Assembly (NCBI GenBank): GCA_950097015.1
Contig: CATNEN010000007.1
Span: 1,116,001-1,180,000, forward strand
Direction of reading: 5' to 3'
Length of the DNA: 64,000 nucleotides
Source of the DNA: Macrostomum hystrix
Taxonomy: Eukaryota; Animalia; Platyhelminthes
Of this stretch, positions 34,915 through 47,759 are shown piece after piece; the stretch's first letter is position 1, and each line of letters begins with the position of its first letter. The translations under genes were made by a program, and so were the position numbers. Under the pieces are notes generated by a model that was not told where the DNA came from, ran no database searches, and saw only the letters and a program-made list of their open reading frames with translations.

Positions 34915-36414
34915 CGATCCCGAGATTAACTGACTCGCGTATTTGTTGTGTACATACTGCTTGCTTATCTATGACTGAATGCTCCTAATTAAGTCTAATC
35001 AACGATTGAATAATCCCAGCTACTGACAGTAGTAATGTTCCTATGCGATTTTCAATTTCTAAATTCTTTTTTTATTCTTAAAATATCAAATAAATATAAA
35101 TGACAAGCACCTGTGAGTTGTTTTTGTACCAAAATCCGACAGTAAAGCCTTTCATGCTACTCATGAAGATCTATTTGCAAATATGAATCTTAATCAAACG
35201 TAATAGCCAAGAGAATAAGAATAAATGAATTAGCGGATAATTATCGAATTAGGCAGGTGTTGAAAGACTTGATTTCTGAAAACTCATCAGAAATTCTACG
35301 CTTGGGCCAAGAGTTAGTAAGTGTTTGTACAACAAAAAAGTACAAATATAGTTATTTGCGGATAAAGTCTGTTCTTCACAACATGGTGTACATCAGCACA
35401 ACAGTTGGAATAAAACTAAAAACATAATTGTCTATTTCTACAAAAGTTATACAATTCTTTGAACATAATAGAAATTAAAAATACACACACTATACATACT
35501 ACTCGTACTTGAGCACAAGGTTTAACAAAATTTCTGCTCAGAATTATCACAGTTAAAAAGACTATTGTAATTGTCTAGTGTTTAAAGTGTTCAATTTCGG
35601 AAAATGAGAAAACTTTATTGAACCTTTTGAGCATTCATTAGTAAACGCTTAGCAGAAACAATAAATATGTTCTATTTTTCTTAGAAAGCAGACTCGAATT
35701 ATCTAGAAACCATATCAAAAGTTTTTTAGAAACCATACAAAAATTTCCTAGAAACCACATCAACGTTTCCTAGAAACAATATTGAAGTTTCCAAGAAATC
35801 ATATTAAAGTTTCCTAGAAACCATAGTAAATGAATTTTTATACAAACAAGCTTCGAACTAGATGTTTAAAATCGACAAAAAATCCTATAGGTTTCCTGTA
35901 AAGTATACACAATTTCAAAGAAGCAGTTAAGCGTTTCCAAGCAACTAATTTTCCAAGAAACAGTCAGTGAAAAAGTAACAGGAAAGCTTTCTAAAGCGAA
36001 CTGTACATTGACAGTAGAAAGATTACGGTGGTATTTCAAATACACTTTTTCTGTCTCTCCCAAAATATCCAACTATTCTCTATGAAATTCCAGAACACGG
36101 GCTACAATTCTGCGCTCTTGATTTGATGAAAATTAGGTTTATCATGTAGCCATGTCGGCTATTATTGTAGATTTTTTGTGTTGATCATATTTTCTATTTT
36201 GAACCAATATGAATTCGCCATAGAAGTTCATACACAGCAATGTTACTTGTTCCTGACACTGGGGTCTTCGACTGTTAACAAGATTACAATAAAAAACGAA
36301 TGTCGGTTCCCACAAAAAAAACGGAAACAAGAACAGCATTCTGCTACTAGTAGAAAACAGTAAAAACCGTAAAGAAATTAGACCCTCTTCGCTCTCTGCT
36401 GAGCTCCAATCGTA

Positions 36415-39400
36415 TCACAGGAACACATACTCGTCCGTGGACAGTGTAGTATAGCCGTCCCTGTTGAAACTGATCTGATGCAGCCGCAGCAGAGACTCCT
36501 CCAGTTCCGTGTAGGTCTCGTGCTCTCGCTGGCTGGCGTCGGTGCCAATGGAGAACAGCGGCAGGGCGGCAGACGCTGATGAGTAGGATGACGATGCGTC
36601 TAGATCGGCCCGATCCTGCGGACTGGCGGCGCAGACGTCAACGCGGCGAAGGAAGCAGTCAGCCTCGGGCCAGGAGCGCAGGAGGAAGCCGAGAGCACAG
36701 CTGGGGTCCAGCTCGGCCAGTCTCACCAGCCTAGGCTTGGCCCGATAGTGCAGGCTGGGCGGGGCGCCGGCCGGCTCGCACACGTGCGGATCCAGGCACA
36801 GCAGGCGATCGCCCTGGTAGCCGAAGATGTAGACGGAGTGGCGCGGCCGGCCTCCAAGCATGCCGACGAAGGCTTCGTCACCGAGCAGCACCTGGGGAGG
36901 GGATGTTTGAGAGGGAGTTTACATTGTGCTTATATTGAGTTTACTTGTGTTTACATTATGTTTTACATTATATACATTGTGTTTATATTGTGTTTAAACT
37001 GCTCTGATAAGCCTTATGTGTGTTTAAACTGCTCTGATAAGCCTTGTGTGTGTTTACACTGCTCTGATAAGCCTTGTGTGTGTTTACACTGCTCTGATAA
37101 GCCTTGTGTGTGTTTACACTGCTCTGATAAGCCTTGTGTGTGTTTACACTGCTCTGATAAGCCTTGTGTGTGTTTACACTGCTCTGATAAGCCTTGTGTG
37201 TGTTTACACTGCTCTGATAAGCCTTGTGTGTGTTTACACTGCTCTGATAAGCCTTGTGTGTGTTTAAACTGCTCTGATAAGCCTTATGTGTGTTTACACT
37301 GCTCTGATAAGCCTTATGTGTGTTTACACTGCTCTGATAAGCCTTATGTGTTTACACTGCTCTGATAAGCCTTGTGTGTGTTTAAACTGCTCTGATAAAG
37401 CTTGAGTGTGTTTACACTGCTCTGATAAGCCTTATGTGTGTTTAAACTGCTCTGATAAGCCTTGTGTGTGTTTACACTGCTCTGATAAGCCTTGTGTGTG
37501 TTTACACTGCTCTGATAAGCCTTGTGTGTGTTTACACTGCTCTGATAAGCCTTGTGTGTGTTTACACTGCTCTGATAAGCCTTGTGTGTGTTTACACTGC
37601 TCTGATAAGCCTTGTGTGTGTTTAAACTGCTCTGATAAAGCTTGAGTGTGTTTACACTGCTCTGATAAGCCTTATGTGTGTTTACACTGCTCTGATAAGC
37701 CTTATGTGTGTTTACACTGCTCTGATAAACCCCATGTGTGTTTACATTAGTCTTCAAATTATCTTACTCAATAGTTTAACAGAAGAATCACCTGCAAAGC
37801 GGCCAGGTACATGGGATTGGCCAGCCGAGCTCCCCCAAGCCACAGAGGCAGCAGCAGCAGCACGGCTCTGTTGTCACGAAAGGCATTGGGCTTGAGCATC
37901 TCAGCCAGCTGGTCCCGGTTGATGCAGGACTGCCTGGCAACTAGAACACTCAGGGTGGCCAGCATGGGCTCGTAAGCCGCTTCCTGGGCAAACATAGCAA
38001 CAAGTGCTCAAATCAATGTTGATTCCCACTGCTCAAATCAATGTTGATTCCCACTGCTCAAATCAATGTGGATTCCCACTGCTCAAATCAATGTGGATTC
38101 CCACTGCTCAAATCAATGTGGATTCCCACTGCTCAAATCAATGTGGATTCCCACTGCTCAAATCAATGTGGATTCCCACTGCTCTAATCAATGTTGATTC
38201 CCACTGCTCAAATCAATGTGGATTCCCACTGCTCAAATCTAGCTCAGTTACCAACTCAGGTCAATCTGGGCTCCATTAGCTGCTACTCACCTGCACAGCC
38301 AGCCGAATGGCTTCAGCAGCCGTGGCAGGCCCGATGAAACGGCCGGCCGGTGAGCCGCTCGCATGCTGCAGCAGCCGGCGCAGTGACAGCGGGCCGTTGG
38401 TCTCATGGAACAGATTCAACAGCTGGCCAATCAGCTGCTGGCCGTTGGTTCCTCCGCGGCCTGCCTGCAGCTGCTGGAACCTCCAGGCCCGGCCGAAGTG
38501 CAGCGACTGCAGCGCGTTGCCAAGCAGCATCTGGGCGCAGCGGTACATGCAGCCCCAGCCCGCATCCGTGGTGAACCGCCTCCGGCCTCCGCTCAAGTCT
38601 GAGCTGCTTTTTGAGTCGCTGTTAACAGGCTCGTTGAGCACAATTGGTTCGAAGTTTTTTCTGGAAAACAATAAGTGCATTTTATGTGCTTTGGGAACGT
38701 ATTAAAACGCTCCCAAACGAATACACTGGTATCAAGAACAATGCTCTCAAAGGACAATGGTCCCAAGGACACTGGTCTTAAGGACACTGGTCCCAAGGAC
38801 ACTGGTCTTAAGGACACTGGTCCCAAGGACACTGGTCCCAAGGACACTGGTCCCAAGGACACTGGTCCCAAGGACACTGGTCCCAAGGACACTGGTCCCA
38901 AGGACACTGGTCCCAAGGACACTGGTCTTAAGGACACTGGTATCAAGAACAATGCTCTCAAAGGACACTGGTCCCAAGGACACTGGTCCCAAGGACACTG
39001 GTCCCAAGGACACTGGTCCTAAGGACACTGGTCCCAAGGACACTGGTCCCAAGGACACTGGTCCCAAGGACACTGGTCCCAAGGACAATGGTCCCAAGGA
39101 CACTGGTCCTAAGGACACTGGTCCCAAGGACACTGGTCCCAAGGACACTGGTCCCAAGGACACTGGTCTTAAGGACACTGGTCCCAAGGACACTGGTCCC
39201 AAGGACACAGGCCTGCTGTAAATTGGTTATTACCTGTAGCAAGCGAAGAATCTGGAGGCCATATCGGCAGCCAGTTGCCTTGTCTGCTCAGACTGATTAG
39301 TGTCATAGTACGCCCCCATACAGCATACTGGCTGAGATTTTGACAACCTCAAACCAGTACTGAGGTTCACTGAATATCTGAAACTGTTCCACATATCGGA

Positions 39401-39709
39401 CACTGTGTCTTTCAACTGCTGCTGCTGTTGCTGCTGCCGACTTGGCTGTAGCGACTCGGTACACGATGAAATTCTACGCAAAGCACCCACAGAAGCGGTG
39501 GAGTTGGAGCCGTTGCTAAGGTCGCAGCCGCTGCCGCCGACGCCGCTCCTAGCGGAATCGAACTCATAGACATCGTAGCCATTGAGGCTGCGATCAACCT
39601 GGACAAAAGTGCCACCGTCTGGCAGCTGGTGACTGCGACTCGGCTGCCGATTTTCATCGCCTTGAAGAGACTGCGCCAAGTCTGGCGGCTTCGAACTGCT
39701 GGAAGATGC
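36415..39709 (-). CDS. ATG4: Cysteine protease ATG4 (ATG4C/D-like); start exon not located
   Basis: Exons 39234-39709, 38291-38660, 37792-37983, 36415-36891 are phase-compatible. Motifs: MWNSFRYS (cf. ATG4C/D AWNN.KY), YRKNFEPI, TTDAGWGCMYRCAQMLLGNAL (catalytic Cys), GGRPRHSVYIFGY, LCLDPH (Asp/His), LDPSCALGF. Confidence 0.9.
36990..37745. repeat. 30-bp minisatellite (TGTGTGTGTTTACACTGCTCTGATAAGCCT)n in an ATG4 intron
   Basis: Fills the last ATG4 intron. Confidence 0.95.
38004..38240. repeat. 25-bp minisatellite (TGCTCAAATCAATGTGGATTCCCAC)n in an ATG4 intron
   Basis: About 9 copies. Confidence 0.93.
38745..39208. repeat. 15-bp minisatellite (GGACACTGGTCCCAA)n in an ATG4 intron
   Basis: About 30 copies between exons 38291-38660 and 39234-39709. 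Confidence 0.95.
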
Positions 39710-39734
39710 CTGGAAGAAATAGGAAATCAGTCGT

Positions 39735-40860
39735 TGAGGATCAGTGTTGGAACTGAGCATCAGTGATGGGATTGAGGATCAGTGTTGGGATTGAGAATCA
39801 GTGAAGGGATTGAGGATCAGTGAAGGGATTGAGGGTTAAGTGTTGGGATTGAGAATCAGTGAAGGGATTGAGGGTCAGTGTAGGGATTGAAGATCAGTGT
39901 AGGGATTGAAGATCAGTGTTGGGATTGAGGGTCAGTGTAGGGATTGAAGATCAGTGTAGGGATTGAAGATCAGTGTTGGGATTGAGGGTCAGTGTAGGGA
40001 TTGAAGATCAGTGTAGGGATTGAAGATCAGTGTTGGGATTGAGGGTCAGTGTAGGGATTGAGGATCAGTGAAGGGATTGAGGATCAGTGAAGGGATTGAA
40101 GATCAGTGTTGGGATTGAGGGTCAGTGTAGGGATTGAAGATCAGTGTTGGGATTGAGGGTCAGTGAAGGGATTGAAGATCAGTGTTGGGATTGAGGGTCA
40201 GTGTAGGGATTGAAGATCAGTGTTGGGATTGAGGGTCAGTGTAGGGATTGAGGATCAGTGATGGGATTGAGGATCAGTGGTGTGATTGAGGGTTAAGTGT
40301 TGGGATTGAGAATCAGTGAAGGGATTGAGGATCAGTGAAGGGATTGAGGATCAGTGAAGGGATTGAAGATCAGTGTTGGGATTGAGGGTCAGTGTAGGGA
40401 TTGAAGATCAGAGTTGGGATTGAGGATCAGTGAAAGGATTGAGGATCAGAGTTGGGATTGAGGGTCAGAGTTGGGATTGAGGATCAGTGTTGGGATTGAG
40501 CATCAGTGTTGGGATTGAGGATCAGAGTTGGGATTGAGGATCAGAGTTGGGATTGAGGATCAGAGTTGGAATTGAGGATCAGAGTTGGGATTGAGGGTCA
40601 GAGTTGGGATTGAGGATCAGTGTTGGGATTGAGCATCAGTGTTGGGATTGAGGATCAGAGTTGGGATTGAGGATCAGAGTTGGGATTGAGGATCAGAGTT
40701 GGAATTGAGGATCAGAGTTGGGATTGAGGGTCAGAGTTGGGATTGAGGATCAGTGTTGGGATTGAGGGTCAGTGTAGGGATTGAGGATCAGTGTAGGGAT
40801 TGAGGATCAGAGTTGGGATTGAGGATCAGTGAAGGGATTGAGGGTCAGTGTAGGGATTGT
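39735..40860. repeat. 19-bp minisatellite (GGGATTGAGGATCAGTGTT)n between RPL9 and the first visible ATG4 exon
   Basis: About 58 variant copies. Confidence 0.95.
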
Positions 40861-41166
40861 GTATCAGATTAGGATTAGAGTTTCTAGTAAGAATCAAAGG
40901 CAGCGATTTGGATTAGCGGCAGGTTTGAAGACTTAAAACAATTTAGGCTGATAACAAAAAAGATGACAGAAAAAATGAATCCAAAAGTCGTCCTGCTTTT
41001 CAATCCAGCGCGCCTCTCTCATATATTGTTTATTGTACTTGGCCATAACAGACCCGTTGGCAAATAGCTAACAGCACAGTCAGGACACAGCATTGCAGTT
41101 ATAGCCTGCTCAATTCACAGACCCCAAACAACCAACTCGAAGGCATCATCCGAAGCGGCAGCGACT

Positions 41167-41739
41167 TCATTCGTCGCAGGTCAAGACGGTGCCCTTCTCG
41201 CTGACGTAGACACCGTCCAGAAACTTTCGGATATCCTTATTCTTGACAGCGCAACACTGTTGAATGAGTGCGGCAGAATGACTGACCGCCTCAACATCGT
41301 TGCCATCAAGCTGAATCTCGTCCTTGATGCCAGTCTGAGAGATGGTCACTCCGCGCAGCATGTTCACTGTGCGGTTATTCTTCTCGCCAAGAAAGTTGCG
41401 AATCTCAATAGAATCGCCCTTGGCGCTAATCACCATGTTGATGGGAAAGTGAGCGTACACAGACTTCATCTTGTAGCGGAAGCCGTAGGTGACACCCTTG
41501 ATCATGTTGCGCACGTGGGTTACAACTGTGCGCACAGCGGCCAATTCTTTGTGAACGCCGAACCATTTCTCAACGGTCAGGGTGCGACCATTGCTGGACA
41601 CTTTGATGTCTAGTGACAGGTGCCTGAAGGACCTAGATAGGGCGCCCCGCTTGCCTTTGACTCGGACAACGCGGGAATGCGACTCCACTGTGACACCCTC
41701 CGGAATCTTCAGGCTGACGGCTGACTTGATCACCTTCAT
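41167..41739 (-). CDS. RPL9: 60S ribosomal protein L9 (uL6), 190 aa, intronless CDS
   Basis: HVRNMIKGVTYGFRYKMKSVYAHFPIN, IEIRNFLGEK and KNKDIRKFLDGVYVSEKGT match RPL9. ATG at 41739; AATAAA on the minus strand at 41029-41034. Confidence 0.96.
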   Translation of the reverse strand: MKVIKSAVSLKIPEGVTVESHSRVVRVKGKRGALSRSFRHLSLDIKVSSNGRTLTVEKWFGVHKELAAVRTVVTHVRNMIKGVTYGFRYKMKSVYAHFPINMVISAKGDSIEIRNFLGEKNNRTVNMLRGVTISQTGIKDEIQLDGNDVEAVSHSAALIQQCCAVKNKDIRKFLDGVYVSEKGTVLTCDE

Positions 41740-44144
41740 GCTGACGGCTGCTGCAATGTTTTGTAGAGTATCTTGAATATCTTGATACAATTAGGCTCTT
41801 AAGGTGATCTTTAATATGCTTTTCTGCTTTCTTAGAGTTAGCTACACTGTGCTGCCAAGGGCTTGGGGGAAATGAAATTGTGACTTTAGGGATGCCACTA
41901 TGTGTTTGCATATGTATTCAAGTAACTTTCTAATCACGAGTTTTTGGTAAAAACAACTTAACCAAAGGGACTCTGCTGTACCTACAGTGTTTTCAACATT
42001 TTTTTCTCATAAAAACTCAACTACCTACAAATATAGAAATTCTAAAATTGCTGACAATCAATAGTCAACTGAGAGGGCATCAATTTTCATCTACTGAGGA
42101 GGCTGTTTAAGTGTACCACAATGCTGTGGCCTATGTACCATAGGGCAAAGTGAATGGTCCCAATGTTTCACCAACTAGTTTCAGAGGATGAATCGGTGCA
42201 TGCAAGTTGCTAGAAAGTACTTTTAAAAGTTGTAACTAGTTTCCACTTTGTTAACTTGGTTTATTGTTGTGTATTTGGAAACTTTCAATGCACCCCTCAT
42301 ATAAAGGGACTCTAGTGAGCGAAAAAAATAGAAAAAATGAAAAAAATGTAAAAAACAATGCTATGTTCTGAAGAAAAAAAGAACATCAATTTTATGTTAA
42401 GAAAATAAAGCCTACTATCAATAGAAAGAAGATAAAATTAACTTTATAATATGTGTTTATACGCTACAATTAGTGCAAAAACAAAAAAGTCATACAGTGC
42501 CAAAAAACATTTTTAAGTATTCACTATGACTGAAATTTAGAAAAAACTACTTTACATAGAACTTAAAAATTTTACTAATAAACTGAAACTGATACTGAAA
42601 TAAACAAATTAAAAATTAAGAAAGAGGATATAAAAATCTATATTAACAATTCTCTTTTAGTAAAAAACAGTTTTTTTATTTGCCAATTTTTTGGTTGAAA
42701 TTTTCTTTTTCTTTTTCTCAATCATTGTTTATAGTATTTTCCAAGTGTATCCCATTAAAATTTTATGTATAATTTTATGTAGAATATGATATACTCAAAT
42801 CTTTTTATTTTCCTTTAGTGGAATCTCCTAGAAACATGTTTCTCTAATGTACCCCCTTTACGCATTTCAGATGGCTTTTGCAATTGACTGTAAATAGTAA
42901 ATTGATGTCTATAGGCCTACAACATCTATTTGTTAAGCTATGGAATAGGTATGGCTTTGCCACTTCTTTCAAGCCAAAAGAGTTTTATATTGTAAACAAA
43001 TAAACATGTCTTGTCAGCATAGTAATCCTATTGAATGTAAAATCGAAATTAATACTTTAATACTGAGTGTTAATAGAAGATATATATATTCCATAGTGTA
43101 GATAACAAAAAAATGAACTATATGATTTTAGAATTTTTTAAATCCATTAAAAAATAAAAAACTTATTGCAATTTTTTTGTTTTCCAAGTCAAATCTATCC
43201 TGTCATCTGAATCACAGCCCCTTATGAGAAAAATACATTACGAAAACAACAAAAATGTAGATCAAAAAATTGTTATAACTTTTTTATTAGGCCTACTTGA
43301 CCAATTTTGATGAGTGAGGTGTCTTTTAACTCAGACAAGCAAGATCTTTAACACAAGAAAACAAAAATATGGAATTTTTACTCTTTTTTCTTACTGGAGC
43401 CCCTATTATTAATAAATGTGCACTCAGACAGTCGTGCTGGTTATAGTATATTTAATCATTTCATATAAATTAATTGATGTACTAAAAATCTAAACGGACA
43501 AAAAACGAAAGCAAGAAAGAAGAGATGAATGGGGAAAAAAGTAAGTTATAATGAAAGAATTCAAACGAATAAACTAAAATTGTAAATTAAAGTTGATTTT
43601 AACGTAGGCTTAATGTATTGAAGTATACTTTAAGGTATTTGTTTATTTTTCAAGCAAATAATAGTACAATCATGAGAAAACAAGTTAGTTTCAACAAAAG
43701 AAGCCAGAATAATATAACCAAAATGTCACTAAAGTAAAACTTTCACAATTTGTCTCGATGTCTCTTAAAATTTGCTTGACAATAAGAACATTTAAAAATA
43801 AAAAAACTGTCCGTATTTTCTGACTATTAAATTATTATTAAAACATAAACATTTTTCATACAATAAAATATTTTTAAAACGTTTGGTACACTTTATAAAA
43901 CTTGTGGCTGCCTCATTTTTTGTTTATATTTGATTAGCGCGAATAAATAACGGGTTATCTTATTGATTAGGCCACTATGTTTTCATTATGTCAATGTTTT
44001 AGTTTGCAGCCATATAATTATATATATTGAAGCATATGTTAAACAGAAGACTCAATTTCAGTGACACTTTTAGTATTAGCGGTGGTAGAAATAGGATTAA
44101 AGGAAGGTCAGCACCTTGCCCAATATGTAAGCCTCGCTCGCCTC

Positions 44145-44326
44145 TGGCGTAGCCAGGGGGTATCGGTGTATCGTCTGATACCCCAAAATTTTGATGTCTC
44201 AAAGTTTTTCGCATTCAGTTTCTTCGAAAGAAAGAATTAATTGCTTTTTAATCCATGTTAGGAAATTATACGCTGGACAGAACCTAAAACAGATACCCCC
44301 AAAAAATCCTGGTTACGCCGGCCCTG
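44145..44326. mobile_element. Short hAT-type MITE with 8-bp TSD and a truncated left TIR
   Basis: CTCGCCTC direct repeat at 44137-44144 and 44327-44334. Inverted ends TGGCGTAGCCAGG and CCTGGTTACGCCGGCCCTG; subterminal GATACCCC repeats. Confidence 0.7.
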
Positions 44327-44657
44327 CTCGCCTCCTTAAGTAAGTCAAGTAAACTCGAGTGAGTCAATGTGACTTTGAAACTCCAGGGCAGGTAAAAGCT
44401 ATAAATGATTGAAATGAATTTTTTCTAATTAATAAAAAACGTATTAAAAAACTGCAGATAACGATAACTGCAACGATCACCTTAACTTACAGGATTATAC
44501 TACAACATAAAATAAATGCATTAAATTAATTTGTCTCGTATAATCACCCGTGCCGTTTGAAACTCGATTAACAACAGCTTTTTAAGCTGCTTTAGGCGTG
44601 CGTATTCTGCAGGAAATGTGTTTTTTGGACGGCGGCTTTATATACCATTGCGACAAT

Positions 44658-45043
44658 AAATAATAATAATAACAATAACAATGGCGGGCAGGCTGCGGGC
44701 AATGGGCTGCGGGCAATGACACATCATTTAGTGACATTAGACCCGCAGCCAGCGAGGAAGCAATTCTGCCCATTTCGCTGACTCCTGAGCACACACACAC
44801 AGAGATTGTACGCAGGCACACGCTCACACAGGTGTGTACATCTGCCCTGACTTTCTCATCGTCAGGCAGTGTACATTTCACTGTGCCTTGGAGGTTGGCC
44901 CTCAAGGGCGTAAATTGCACGACAAGCCCCCAAGCCTTCTTTCCGCGGCTGCGCCCCAAATAAATGTGGCCTCGCCGTGGAATCGAACTTAGGAACCGTG
45001 GTGCGAGAGGCAAACGCGATAACCGCTCTGCCACCGACTCCCT
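44658..45043 (-). mobile_element. Full-length tRNA-derived SINE family A with 10-bp TSD
   Basis: Minus strand: A-box TGGCAGAGCGG, B-box AAGTTCGATTCC, TTA-rich tail. Direct repeat TTGCGACAAT at 44648-44657 and 45044-45053. Confidence 0.85.
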
Positions 45044-45632
45044 TTGCGACAATGAAGGTTCAGATATTAACATTCATGCTAAGCTAAGTTATCAAAGGAC
45101 AAAAAGTACCAATTATAAAGTATAAAGCCTTCCTATCATACGTGGACATGCTCCGCACGCTACATGTGATGTTAGCAAGGCATGAATCACGTGAATCACG
45201 TGAACTTTATTCAACATAAAAATATTTTGCGGTAGTTCATATGATAGTTCATAGTTCATGCTAACTGATTATGGTTAAAAAATATTGTAAAAAATAATAA
45301 AGGAATATAAACAAAGCCAACGACGATATTTTCGAGGTCGTTGGCCCAGAGACGCGCTCTCTGACTTTTCCCTTTTTCTGGCCGCTGCGATAGCAGTCTT
45401 TTGTTTTTGTTGTTATAAATAACGTATGTGCTGCAATTGGACTAAAGAAAGATGTACTCACACTACCATCAAGCAAGGCCAGAACATACAATAATTGTAC
45501 ATGTTTTATGGCTTTTTATCGCCATTCAATTAAAAATCACATAAGCTACTAACACAGAGAAGAATTTGATGGCAATTGTGAAAAAGCCTTTAGTATAGCA
45601 AAAAACATAATCTCATAGAGGTGTCGACCCAG

Positions 45633-47150
45633 TTAATCCTCCCGTCGGTGAAAGATCAGCTTGTGCTCCCCTGGAGCCTTGACAGTTCCCGGCGTACCCT
45701 CGAGAATCTCCGCCATTCTGGCCGCCTCCTCGGCCGGCAGCTCAATGCGGAAGCGCTGAATGATGATCACGGCGAAGATGAAGAGCTCCATGCGAGCCAG
45801 GCTCTCTCCAAGGCAGGAGCGCTTGCCAATGGAGAACGGGATGACGCGCTCCGATGGGGCGAATTTCCCCTTTTCGTCGATGAACCGCTCGATGCGAAAG
45901 GTTGCCGGCTCGGGAAAGGCCTCTGGATCCGAGTGCAGAGCCTCGAGGTTCGGCATGACGCTGAAGCCCTTGGGGACCAGGTGACCGAACAGTTCTGTGT
46001 CCTCAAGTACCCTGTGGGCCACGCCGCCCGGTACGAGGGTGTAAACACGCTGCGATTCTAATAGGAAGGCCTCGATCAGTGGCATCCTAGTCCTGTCTGA
46101 CATGGCCGGAGGTCGATCGCCAAGGGACTCGCGCACGTACTTATGCAAGCGCTCCTGCATCTGCTGGTCCTTGGCCAGGTGCAGCGTCAACCAGCGCAGG
46201 CTATTAGTGGTCGTATCGGTACCCGCCATGAACAGATCGGCGATGCTTACCTGAAGCTTCTTGTCGCCGAAGTATTCAACTGCCTCCACTGGATCTCGTT
46301 GTTCAAGACGGTGTCGCTCAGCGAGGTAGGCTTCAATGTAGTCCGCAGGCTCGTCGGTCAAGTTGTAAGCTGACTTTTTATGGTCGATTTGAGCCTGGCA
46401 GAACTCGAACATTTGATCAAACAGTTTTACGCTCTTCTTGACAGCCTCCATGTTCATGAGAATGTTGGGTGCAAACTTCGTTAGCAGAGGTAAAAGGAGG
46501 CTCGTCCGAATGGTTGGCCTACTCGGTGCGCCCTGCTGCGTAATCTGATTGACGAGGGCCAGCGTCTTGTCGAATGTGGGATCCTCACTTGCCACGCGTC
46601 TACCAAACACCAGCATGCAGATGACGTTTGACACAGCCTTGCCGAACGGGTTGCCAGTGCTAATGGGCTCGGCTTGTGTCTCCTCGAGCACCGTTGCCAG
46701 TTCAAGCGCTTCTTTGACGATGCTTTCCTCCGAGCCGATCTTGCCAAAGCCGCAGTCTCGCAGCACCTGCAGGCTGAAGCGACGGTGGCGCTTCCAGCTT
46801 GGTCCGTCGGTCATGACCAGACCGCTGTTGCCCATGACCCGCTTGGAGAAGATGTGCTGCGGCCTTCCGGAAAACACTGCGCCCTGCGTCACGAATGCCT
46901 CCTTGACGGCCTCGAAGGTGTTTAGACAGATTGTCTGGCGGCCGTTCAGCTGGAAGCTGCTCACCGGTCCGTAGCGCTGCTTGACCGTGCGCAGCCAGCT
47001 TCGCAGCGGGAACTCCATGAAGGGGTAGCTGCCGAGAAGTGGCAGCACAGGCGGGCCGGGTGGCAGCCGGCGTTGCCGGTTCAGGAAGCTCACCAACCAA
47101 CCGACTGAGACAAGCGCCAGCAGGCCAACTGCAATGCTGAACAATTCCAT
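45633..47150 (-). CDS. Cytochrome P450, CYP2 clan, ~505 aa, intronless
   Basis: N-terminal TM anchor, PPGPPVLPLLG, WKRHRRF, FMAGTDTT (I-helix), ESQR (ExxR), FRIERF, and PFSIGKRSCLGE (heme Cys). ATG at 47150. Confidence 0.96.
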   Translation of the reverse strand: MELFSIAVGLLALVSVGWLVSFLNRQRRLPPGPPVLPLLGSYPFMEFPLRSWLRTVKQRYGPVSSFQLNGRQTICLNTFEAVKEAFVTQGAVFSGRPQHIFSKRVMGNSGLVMTDGPSWKRHRRFSLQVLRDCGFGKIGSEESIVKEALELATVLEETQAEPISTGNPFGKAVSNVICMLVFGRRVASEDPTFDKTLALVNQITQQGAPSRPTIRTSLLLPLLTKFAPNILMNMEAVKKSVKLFDQMFEFCQAQIDHKKSAYNLTDEPADYIEAYLAERHRLEQRDPVEAVEYFGDKKLQVSIADLFMAGTDTTTNSLRWLTLHLAKDQQMQERLHKYVRESLGDRPPAMSDRTRMPLIEAFLLESQRVYTLVPGGVAHRVLEDTELFGHLVPKGFSVMPNLEALHSDPEAFPEPATFRIERFIDEKGKFAPSERVIPFSIGKRSCLGESLARMELFIFAVIIIQRFRIELPAEEAARMAEILEGTPGTVKAPGEHKLIFHRRED

Positions 47151-47759
47151 CGCGCTCAATCTCTGTCAATTTGTTTCTGCTGAGATTTAGAAACGATTTG
47201 TGCCAAAAGAAACGTCCTTTCCTGTTCTGCTTTCTCCTATTTGTGCGGCCTGGCAGCCTGTTATCGGCACGTCTCTCTCACTCTTATCGCCATAATTTTT
47301 ACTCTCCCCCCATCGTGGGTAGCCTGCAAGGTTGCACGTAACACAAACAAACTTGTGAAAGTAGCGGCTGCGTACATAAGTGTAACACTATGCTGTATTA
47401 GGCTAGAGTCCGAAAGCTGAGCACAGATACACTCACTGTACTGGCTACTAAGTGCGTTTGCGTGTCGCCCTCAACGGCACACGTTTGGCTCGCGTAATTT
47501 CAAACGAAGGTGAACGGCAGGTTTATTTTCAGGTGCATGTAGCAGCACACACTGACAAAGTGTCTGAATCCATGACTGTTTCATAGTTGTGACTAAGCAA
47601 AGCTTTTGGTAATTTTTTTACCTGTGAGTCATTTATAAAAGGGCTTTCATTAACTGCAGTTTTATCAGTCTTCTTCTCATTCTATCTATAAGCGAATATT
47701 CTTCGAGAACATACTCAGGAAGAATGTGAAAATCATAGCAATATACATTCCCTGTGAAT

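Noticed and set aside
42000-44100. Very AT-rich 2-kb block as foreign or organellar DNA
   Set aside because: No ORFs, RNA genes or boundary signals; composition resembles the other AT-rich spacers (24600-25700, 35000-36300).
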